Shown here: positions 56,661 through 64,000 of the stretch, one piece after another
How the letters are laid out: every line of letters starts with the position of its first letter
Position numbering within the stretch: the first letter of the stretch is position 1
From: an uncultured virus (IMG/VR IMGVR_UViG_3300011114_000961)
Lineage: Duplodnaviria > Heunggongvirae > Uroviricota > Caudoviricetes
Virus record (IMG/VR): IMGVR_UViG_3300011114_000961
Location: 1-64,000 of that record
Reading direction: 5' to 3' (one strand)
DNA: 64,000 nt
Made by a program: the position numbers and the translations under genes
Notes under the pieces: generated by a model
Databases searched by the model: none
The model's input: the letters and a program-made list of their open reading frames with translations, nothing else
What the model was told of the DNA's origin: nothing

Positions 56661-59600
56661 ATGAACTTCAATGAACTAGATCAATTCCGCCTGAGCGACA
56701 CTGTAAAATACCATAATCGACTTAACCGTCGGTTGTGGGGTTCAAATGAACATCTGCTGCCAGATGTTCGTGACAAACTGCTGGCAATTGCAGAAGACTT
56801 CCGTGAATTCTTGGGAGTGGACAATCTCCGAGTGCAAGACATCACACTGTCGGGGTCAAATGCAGCATACAACTATACTGACCACAGCGACATTGATCTA
56901 CATTTGATAGTGGACATGCCTGATGATCCTGTGTATCAGGAACTGTTCAACGCTAAAAAATACCAATACAACGACGAACACAATTTGACCATTGGCGGTG
57001 CTGATGTGGAATTGTATGTGCAACCTGCAGGCCAGCCGCATGTGAGTCAGGGCATTTATTCAGTCAAGGATGGCAAATGGATACAAGTGCCGCGCCGCCG
57101 ACGAGCACAGATTGATGACTCATGTGTGCGTGACAAAGCAGCTGATCTAGACGCTAGAATACACGCTGCTGTTGAGTCTGGCAATGCTGATATGATGTCC
57201 ACCCTGTGGAACAAGATCAAAGCCATGCGCCAAATTGGGCTGGAACAGCATGGGGAATTTGGTTGCGAAAACATCACGTTCAAAGTGCTGCGCGATCAAG
57301 GCTGCATCCGACTGCTGAAAGATGCTCACGTGGCAGCACAAGATCATGCCATGAGTCTAGTGGAAAAGAACAGAGAAAAAGGTCGTGTGACCTATGGGTT
57401 TGGCCATCGCATCGCAGAAGATGTCACAATAACTCCAGATGGGGTCAGTGCCAGTACCCGAATGTTCTTGAGTGAAAAAGGCGACGAGGACAATCAGGCA
57501 GTGAATGATTTTATCCAGCATGTGGTCACGGAACTGGGCATTGATCCTGCTCCCAAAATAGTCATACACACAGATCCTGAATGGAGTGAAGGCAATCACA
57601 GCTTTGGACGTTATGAGCCAGAATCAAACACTCTCAATGTGAGCTTGCCCAATCGCCATATCCTGGATGTGTTCCGCACCATAGCACATGAACTGGTGCA
57701 TTGTGATCAACATCAGACGCAAGGTGGCCTGCCACTGGATGCTGGAGAAACTGGCAGTGAATACGAAAATGATGCCAATGCCAGAGCTGGCATCATCATG
57801 CGAGATTTTGCTGCGTCACATCCTGAATACTTTGCCGCAGAATCCCTGGGCGAAGGTGCGTCAGGATACATTCCCAAGAACAAAAAGGAAGCGGCCATGC
57901 CACAGTATGCCATGGCCTTGAGTGTGGATGTGCGTCCGGGACAAACAGGCCGAGAAGCCAACAAGATGGCATTGCAAACAGGGCCCAACGGAGAGCCCAA
58001 GTTGTTGATCAAGTCTGTGAATCTACGTGAAAGTTCTATGCCGCAACCGTCGCAGGGTCAGGGCAAGTATCGTGACCTCAATGAGCCATTGGGGCCTGAA
58101 TTCAAACCCACCATGCCCAAAGGCACAGTACGAGTAGATGTGAGTGACGTGTATGACTGGTACAAGTTGGGCAAGCACATTGCCAATCTGGATCGTGCTG
58201 ATCCCAGCGAATTTGGCAAAGGGCCACCCAGCACTATTGTGAGCTTTGGTGACGAAGATACTGAACACAAGTACATCAATAAGTTAGAAAAATTAGGGTT
58301 ATCAACCACTGACATTGATCCTGTTGATCCTAACCAGCCCAAAGGCATGAAGCGTCAAAAAACTGACCCTACCTACAATGTGGCTGAAAATAAATTGGTA
58401 GCAAGCCTGCGACAAGAATTGAGATTGTTTGAAGATCAGGATCTGTTTGAAATCAACATGGGTGGCAAGAATCTGCGTCGAGAAGCAGCCAAGACAGGTG
58501 CCCTGGCTGGTATGGAATTTGAAATGATTGTGCCCAACACTTCATCCGAAGATGATGAACTAGAACCCGACTTTGATTCTGATGAACGTGCCAGCAGCCC
58601 TAGAGATATTCAAGATTTTTTCTATGATGGTGACTACAACGGTCGCAGAAATGCCCAGGAGTTGGTTGATCGCATGCTGGATGATTACGGCGACTGGCAA
58701 GTGGAACAGTTTGATACTCGCTGGGATTCAGATGCTAAAACATTCATCTACGATTACATCCGAGAAAATGTTGACGAAGATAGCATCAGAGAGTTGTTGG
58801 ATCTAGAATCAGAGGACGAGCTTGGTAAAAAAGAATATCAACTGGCTGCGGACATGATTGTTACTGAACAACTACAACCTTTCTATGATGATGCATTGGA
58901 ACAGTCCCGCGATGAGTTCTACGAAAATGACAATTTTGAAGAATGGTTGGGTGACTCTGGCCTGGGCCACATGAGTGATATCTATCATCGTTATAATGGA
59001 ATTATACATTGGCCACACTATACCAGCAGTCTTGCTGGTGGCACCAGCGTTGAAGATATAGCAGACGATTTCAGTCGGGCGGTGGGTCGTCCTGTAAAGG
59101 CATCTTCAGGGTATCATTCCAGCAGTGTGGAGAGTCCTGCGCCGGGCAAAAACTTCTATGTGGTAGAACCCGATGGCAGTTTGGAACCGGATGACCCACA
59201 AGATTCAGGCCTGGAGTTTGTGAGCCCACCATTGCCTATAGATGACATCATGAGTGACTTGAACAAGGTCAAAGCCTGGGCCAATCGCATGGGCTGCTAC
59301 ACCAATGATTCTACTGGGCTACACATCAATATCTCAGTGCCCAATTACAGCCAGAATCGACTGGATTTTGTAAAGCTGGCCCTGCTGATGGGCGACGAAT
59401 ATGTGTTAGAGCAGTTTGGGCGGGCAGGTAACTCCTACGCCAAGAGTGCCATGGGCAAAGTGCGTGATCATGTGCGTCAACGGCCTTATGAAGCAAAATA
59501 TTTGTTGGACAAGATGAAAGGGCACATGGGTGCTTTGGCTAGTAAAGCCATACACTCGGGCTCAACAGAAAAATACACCAGTATCAACACCAAGGATGGG

Positions 59601-61049
59601 CACATTGAGTTTCGTAGCCCCGGCGGAGACTGGTTGGACGACAACTTTGACAAGATTGAAAACACTCTCATGAGATTCACAGTGGCCATGAGTGCTGCAT
59701 TAGATCCTGAAGCGTATAGACAAGAGTATCTGAAAAAACTATACAAGATATTGGCACCCAAAGATGAAAAAGATCCCCTGGCTGTATTTGCCAAGTATGC
59801 CGCAGGCGAACTACCTGCTGCTGCGCTAAAGAGTTTTGTGCGGCAAGCACAAGCCGACCGCAAGGCCAAGAAGTCTGGTGAGGACATTGTGAATGGTCAT
59901 CGATGGAGAGTGTCATTGAAGCCTGAATTGGGTGGCGGCGTGGTAGAAGTGATTGCCGCTGACCCTGTAGATGCCAAGAAGCAGGCCATAAAACAGCAGC
60001 CCAACTGGAGATTTCATGATGATGCACTGACTGTGACCAGACTGGATGAGCCCGCAGCAGGAGCCAGTACCACAGCATCACATCCCCAAGGCCGTGGCAG
60101 ACCCAATGACCCCAACGGTCAACTGGCCATAGTGCGACGTGATGATCCTCGAGTCTACAGCTACGGCAGCGGAACATCAGGACCTGCACCAGACTACTTG
60201 TTTAGATTTACCCTAGGGGACGGCTATAGCCAAGCCCAACTTCGTTCTGTGATGTCGGCCTGGGCTGCTCGAGAAAATGCAAATGCTGCTGATTACATGA
60301 TTGTGGATACCACGCAGTTTGCAGCACCTGCATCAGCACCCGAAGCCGGTAGTGTGCAATGGAACATTGTTGCCGACGACGGAGATGTTGTGCATACTTT
60401 CTGGAATAGAAATGTGCAAGCAGATGCCAACGCAGCAGCACTAGCATGGGTGCAAGCCCATTGGCTACCGCCACTTAATATGGCTGCTCGCGGACCGTTT
60501 GAAGTGGTTCCTGTGCCTGCTGAAGTACCCGCTGATGCAGACACAGTCACTTACGAGATTTACGACCGAGAGGACAGCAGCCCCTTAGAAACATTCCAAG
60601 CGGCCAATGATGCAGCAGCTTTAGAATTCTTGAATCAATATAGAAGCATGGGTCCGCATACATTAAATTCGCAGCAGGCCACAGCAGCGTTTGGTGTTCG
60701 TCGAGCACCCATCCCAGGCAGCACCTTGGATCTAGCTCGTCAACGCTATAATGCAATAGCAGCAGCCAGCATGGCCGCTGATGCAGAACATGCTGCTAAC
60801 CGTCGGACACCTACTCCAATTCCTGGAGTGCAAGACATTGAGCCAGATGTTGCACAGTATACATCGCAGCCAGCAGCCGCGCCCCAGTGGGAAGTGTATC
60901 GACGTAGTGATGGAGTGAGCATGTTCCCGTTGGATGCTGCCACACAAGCTGCGGCCTGGGCAGAAGGTCGTCAATGGGTACAACAAACCAGCAACGACAC
61001 TGGCATAACACTCAACCCTGCTGACTACAGTGTGCGTCAAGCCCAGTAA
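56661..61049 (+). CDS. multidomain protein: Pol-beta-type nucleotidyltransferase + HExxH metallopeptidase-like + amidoligase + C-terminal repeats
   Basis: GSNAAYNY..SDIDLH; RTIAHELVH; GMEFE, DGSL, LEFVSP, STGLHIN, IEFRSPGG. Confidence 0.8.
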   Translation: MNFNELDQFRLSDTVKYHNRLNRRLWGSNEHLLPDVRDKLLAIAEDFREFLGVDNLRVQDITLSGSNAAYNYTDHSDIDLHLIVDMPDDPVYQELFNAKKYQYNDEHNLTIGGADVELYVQPAGQPHVSQGIYSVKDGKWIQVPRRRRAQIDDSCVRDKAADLDARIHAAVESGNADMMSTLWNKIKAMRQIGLEQHGEFGCENITFKVLRDQGCIRLLKDAHVAAQDHAMSLVEKNREKGRVTYGFGHRIAEDVTITPDGVSASTRMFLSEKGDEDNQAVNDFIQHVVTELGIDPAPKIVIHTDPEWSEGNHSFGRYEPESNTLNVSLPNRHILDVFRTIAHELVHCDQHQTQGGLPLDAGETGSEYENDANARAGIIMRDFAASHPEYFAAESLGEGASGYIPKNKKEAAMPQYAMALSVDVRPGQTGREANKMALQTGPNGEPKLLIKSVNLRESSMPQPSQGQGKYRDLNEPLGPEFKPTMPKGTVRVDVSDVYDWYKLGKHIANLDRADPSEFGKGPPSTIVSFGDEDTEHKYINKLEKLGLSTTDIDPVDPNQPKGMKRQKTDPTYNVAENKLVASLRQELRLFEDQDLFEINMGGKNLRREAAKTGALAGMEFEMIVPNTSSEDDELEPDFDSDERASSPRDIQDFFYDGDYNGRRNAQELVDRMLDDYGDWQVEQFDTRWDSDAKTFIYDYIRENVDEDSIRELLDLESEDELGKKEYQLAADMIVTEQLQPFYDDALEQSRDEFYENDNFEEWLGDSGLGHMSDIYHRYNGIIHWPHYTSSLAGGTSVEDIADDFSRAVGRPVKASSGYHSSSVESPAPGKNFYVVEPDGSLEPDDPQDSGLEFVSPPLPIDDIMSDLNKVKAWANRMGCYTNDSTGLHINISVPNYSQNRLDFVKLALLMGDEYVLEQFGRAGNSYAKSAMGKVRDHVRQRPYEAKYLLDKMKGHMGALASKAIHSGSTEKYTSINTKDGHIEFRSPGGDWLDDNFDKIENTLMRFTVAMSAALDPEAYRQEYLKKLYKILAPKDEKDPLAVFAKYAAGELPAAALKSFVRQAQADRKAKKSGEDIVNGHRWRVSLKPELGGGVVEVIAADPVDAKKQAIKQQPNWRFHDDALTVTRLDEPAAGASTTASHPQGRGRPNDPNGQLAIVRRDDPRVYSYGSGTSGPAPDYLFRFTLGDGYSQAQLRSVMSAWAARENANAADYMIVDTTQFAAPASAPEAGSVQWNIVADDGDVVHTFWNRNVQADANAAALAWVQAHWLPPLNMAARGPFEVVPVPAEVPADADTVTYEIYDREDSSPLETFQAANDAAALEFLNQYRSMGPHTLNSQQATAAFGVRRAPIPGSTLDLARQRYNAIAAASMAADAEHAANRRTPTPIPGVQDIEPDVAQYTSQPAAAPQWEVYRRSDGVSMFPLDAATQAAAWAEGRQWVQQTSNDTGITLNPADYSVRQAQ

Positions 61050-61092
61050 AATAGCTCTAATTCGGCTGATTGACCACACGCTAAATACCCAT

Positions 61093-61599
61093 ATGCGAGC
61101 AAGAGAATTTATTACCGAAAACTTTGCTGATGGTCGACATCCTGAAGACAAAGGTGATTCAAAACGCCATCATGTGCCCACTAAATCCAGTGTGAGCAAC
61201 TTACGCAAATTTGCTAAAAATCACTCGGGCAGGGCAGCACAACTAGCCCACTGGATGGCCAACATGAAAAGTGGCAAGCGCAAAAAGACCAACGAAACCA
61301 TAATTGGCAATCTACACTTTCCTCAGCTGACTGTGGCAATAGACGATCATGCTGTGGATCGCACACGCACACGTGGTATCAATCCACATGCCATAGATCA
61401 AAGTCTAAAGAAATTAAACGGCATTGCTGATCAGCTGGCACAGGTAGAACCCAACACACAAGTATGGGCTTATGATCCCGAAACACAACTGGGCTTGGGC
61501 ATGCGACGTATCAGCAGCCAGAACATGTTGTTCAAACTCAAAACTGTGGTAAACAGTAGGCCATTTGACGGCCCAATTCCTATCATTGACCTATCATGA
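61093..61599 (+). CDS. late protein with CTS-like N-terminus and two modules
   Basis: TAAATA-N5-ATG; MRAREFITE; AHWMANMKSG module; IDDHAVDRTRTRGI module. Confidence 0.75.
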   Translation: MRAREFITENFADGRHPEDKGDSKRHHVPTKSSVSNLRKFAKNHSGRAAQLAHWMANMKSGKRKKTNETIIGNLHFPQLTVAIDDHAVDRTRTRGINPHAIDQSLKKLNGIADQLAQVEPNTQVWAYDPETQLGLGMRRISSQNMLFKLKTVVNSRPFDGPIPIIDLS

Positions 61600-62255
61600 C
61601 AGTCCGCAAAACCATAGCACTTTTTGTAGCCGATCCCAAATGTTCAGTGCAAAGTGTCAATGGTATGATGCAGGCGTTGTCACCACAGTATAACTTCAAG
61701 ATGTTTGGAAAAAATGTCTTGGAAGATTGTTTCTTTGATGACGTGGACATCGTGGCGTTTCCTGGCGGCATAGGAGACTCAGACAGCTTCTATCGCTTGT
61801 TCCGCAACAATGGCGATCGAGTGATAGACTTCGTGCAAAAAGGCGGTTACTATCTGGGCATCTGCATGGGTGCTTACTGGGCCGGCAGTCATTACTTTGA
61901 TATACTTGACGGTGTGGATGCCGCACAATACATCCGGCGTCCCGGCACAGACACTCGACGGCCGCATGCCAAAGGACTTGATGTGACCTGGCGCGGCCGC
62001 GAAGAAAAGATGTTTTTTTATGACGGGTGTGCGTTGGTAGGCAATCCAAAACGATTCAAAACTGTTGCCACATACGCCAATGGCGATGCCATGGCCATCA
62101 TGCAGGGCCGCATAGGCCTGATAGGCTGTCACCCCGAAAGTGAAAAGTTCTGGTACAACGGCTGGAGTTGGATGAAACCGCACTGGCATGAACGGCGCCA
62201 TCATCAATTGCTGCTGAGCTTTGTGAATCAACTGGTCAAACAACCTGTGTATTGA
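61596..62255 (+). CDS. class I glutamine amidotransferase-like (BPL_N family) protein
   Basis: FPGG, GGYYLGICMGAY, GCHPE. Confidence 0.82.
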   Translation: MTVRKTIALFVADPKCSVQSVNGMMQALSPQYNFKMFGKNVLEDCFFDDVDIVAFPGGIGDSDSFYRLFRNNGDRVIDFVQKGGYYLGICMGAYWAGSHYFDILDGVDAAQYIRRPGTDTRRPHAKGLDVTWRGREEKMFFYDGCALVGNPKRFKTVATYANGDAMAIMQGRIGLIGCHPESEKFWYNGWSWMKPHWHERRHHQLLLSFVNQLVKQPVY

Positions 62256-62257
62256 TA

Positions 62258-62275
62258 CTGTAATGCTGTTGTAAC
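62258..62275 (+). promoter_or_regulatory. putative Pho box
   Basis: CTGTAAT-GCTG-TTGTAAC, 11 nt upstream of TAAATA. Confidence 0.6.
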
Positions 62276-62296
62276 AATCATCTTTGTAAATACAGC

Positions 62297-63061
62297 ATGG
62301 AGAAAACATATCGCAGTATCTTTATCTCCGATGTGCATCTTGGCACAAGGGATTGTCAAGCAGACCGACTCAACAATTTCCTCAAACACAACACCTGTGA
62401 CACTTTATACCTTGTGGGAGATATAATTGATGCCTGGAGAATCCAACAAAACAAATGGCGCTGGAAACAAAGCCACACTAATGTGGTCCGTCGTGTTCTC
62501 GGTCATGCTAAACGCGGCACTCGTGTTGTTTATATTGCAGGTAATCACGACGAATTTTTAAGACCCATGATTCCATATGGGTTCAGTTTTGGCCTGGTTG
62601 AGATACACAATCAAACGGAACATATAGGTGCAGACGGTCGACATTATCTTGTGGTACACGGAGACTTGTTTGACGGTATAACTAGATTGGCACCTTGGAT
62701 AAGTTTTTTAGGAGACAAAGCATATGATGTCATTTTATCAGTTAATAGCAAATTCAATTGGCTACGCCATCGCATGGGTTTTGGGTACTTTAGTCTTAGT
62801 CAATATCTCAAAGCAAGAGTAAAGAAAGCAGTAGATTTTATATTCCACTTTGAAAAGAATCTTGCCGCTTACTGTAAGAAACGCGGATATGATGGGGTTA
62901 TCTGCGGCCACATACACCATGCCGAGATCAAAGATATAGATGGTGTTCGATACATGAACGACGGCGACTGGGTGGAATCATGCACAGCACTGGTTGAACA
63001 TCACGACGGTCGTTGGGAAATCATCACATGGACCCGGGAGAAGGACAATGAAATTAAGTGA
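62297..63061 (+). CDS. LpxH/PlcP-like metallophosphoesterase
   Basis: FISDVHLGT, LVGDIIDAW, GNHDEFLR, HGDLFD, CGHIH, NDGDWVESCTALVE. Confidence 0.88.
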   Translation: MEKTYRSIFISDVHLGTRDCQADRLNNFLKHNTCDTLYLVGDIIDAWRIQQNKWRWKQSHTNVVRRVLGHAKRGTRVVYIAGNHDEFLRPMIPYGFSFGLVEIHNQTEHIGADGRHYLVVHGDLFDGITRLAPWISFLGDKAYDVILSVNSKFNWLRHRMGFGYFSLSQYLKARVKKAVDFIFHFEKNLAAYCKKRGYDGVICGHIHHAEIKDIDGVRYMNDGDWVESCTALVEHHDGRWEIITWTREKDNEIK

Positions 63062-63758
63062 TAAAATTACCATAGTTGTGCCTTGCAAGAATGAAGAAAA
63101 TTATATTCATCATTTGTTAGATTCATTACGCTCACAAAACATAGGTGATACTAGAGTCATTATTGCTGATTGTTCTACGGATAACACCAGACAAGTTATA
63201 CGTGATAACAGTTGGGAATTGAATGTTGAGATCATTGAGGGAGGACCTGTTTCAGTGGCCAAGAACAATGGGGCAAGATTAGTTACTACTCCCTACATCT
63301 TATTCATTGACGCTGATGTTCGTTTTTTTAAATACGATGTGATCCATGATGCTGTCAATAAAATTGAATCAATGAACCTTGATCTTGTTGGATTGAACAT
63401 CAAGTGCTATGACAATGACATAAGAGCAAAGTTTGGGTTTACTATTTTTAACACTATAAATCACACATTGAAATATTTCTCACCATTTGCCGTTGGTGCT
63501 TTTATGCTCACACGTAGGGATCGATTTGAAGAATATGGCGGATTTCCCGAACAGCTGACCACAAGCGAAGACTACTTTTTGTCTAGAAAGTACAGTCCAA
63601 GAAAGTTTAGAATTGTCCGACATCATCTTGGCCAAGATTCACGCAGGTTTAAAAAAATGGGCTACATGGGCATGGCCCGATACTTGGTTAAGAATTTTAT
63701 CAATCGCAATAATAAAACATACTGGGACAGTTTAGATAATAGCAAATATTGGACGTAA
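63048..63758 (+). CDS. family 2 glycosyltransferase
   Basis: IVVPCKNEE, ADCSTDNT, FIDAD, SED. Confidence 0.9.
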   Translation: MKLSDKITIVVPCKNEENYIHHLLDSLRSQNIGDTRVIIADCSTDNTRQVIRDNSWELNVEIIEGGPVSVAKNNGARLVTTPYILFIDADVRFFKYDVIHDAVNKIESMNLDLVGLNIKCYDNDIRAKFGFTIFNTINHTLKYFSPFAVGAFMLTRRDRFEEYGGFPEQLTTSEDYFLSRKYSPRKFRIVRHHLGQDSRRFKKMGYMGMARYLVKNFINRNNKTYWDSLDNSKYWT

Positions 63759-63770
63759 TATTAGTGTAAC
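63753..63770 (+). promoter_or_regulatory. second putative Pho-box-like element
   Basis: ACGTAAT-ATTA-GTGTAAC, again 11 nt upstream of TAAATA. Confidence 0.4.
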
Positions 63771-63834
63771 GGTAATGTCTTTAAATACTTGTGTGCCATG
63801 GTGGCACAAACCCAATAACCCAAAGGAGCAACCC

Positions 63835-64000
63835 ATGAGATTTGAAGACCTAGCCTTACGCCTGCAAGCAGTTGAAGCCAAATTGGCCACACTGACCGGC
63901 ACCACAATTGACACAGTAGCACCTGCTACCATTGACCAACTTGACATGAGATTGACTGCTGTTGAATCCCAGGTCAACCAAATGATTGCTGAAAAGACTC
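63835..64000 (+). CDS. hypothetical coiled-coil protein, truncated by window end
   Basis: AAGGAG SD; MRFEDLALRLQAVEAKL. Confidence 0.65.
   Translation, partial: MRFEDLALRLQAVEAKLATLTGTTIDTVAPATIDQLDMRLTAVESQVNQMIAEKT

Noticed and set aside
1..64000. Bacterial chromosome, given clpP, clpA, nadE, infA, sod, erpA
   Set aside because: These genes are interspersed with fibre genes, a gp44-like clamp loader, a lysis cassette and many tiny ORFs, without bacterial operon context.
1..64000. Stop-codon reassignment
   Set aside because: Known genes are full length in the standard code and TAA, TGA and TAG all end genes.
1..64000. tRNA, rRNA, introns or inteins
   Set aside because: No cloverleaf or splicing motifs noticed and intergenic gaps are short; a covariance-model scan would be needed to exclude them fully.

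Overview
A 64-kb, gene-dense segment of a large (jumbo-like, T4-style) tailed dsDNA phage, standard genetic code, almost all on the + strand. The host is probably a Gram-negative betaproteobacterium (Rz/Rz1-like spanins, Bug/TctC protein). All family calls come from motifs recognised by eye; no searches were run. Layout: (1) 1-19.3 kb early/accessory region of short ORFs behind near-consensus sigma70 promoters (TTGACC-N17-TATAAT), with ClpP, NadE, a SleB-like hydrolase and an Hc1-like protein; (2) IF-1, SOD, ErpA; (3) 20.4-33 kb fibre/structural genes; (4) DnaE fragment, GroES-like protein, clamp loader, radical SAM, PhoH; (5) putative head-packaged polyproteins; (6) modification-enzyme cluster; (7) lysis cassette; (8) DnaJ, ClpA; (9) a 1462-aa multi-enzyme protein and a PlcP-like/GT2 pair. 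Best candidates for new biology: (a) nine highly divergent small genes in tandem (16654-18859), each ending F-x-L-[RK]-W-[STLG], where the same ~15-20 nt also supply the ribosome-binding site and overlapping ATGA start of the next gene, suggesting a self-coupling cassette array; (b) polyproteins of unrelated modules joined by [GS]-[VML]-A-E linkers with a shared DNA joint (GTGTGGCGGA), plus T4 CTS-like N-termini on enzymes such as SOD; (c) a Pho-box-preceded PlcP-like phospholipase plus glycosyltransferase; (d) widespread apparently leaderless transcripts in a phage encoding its own IF-1.
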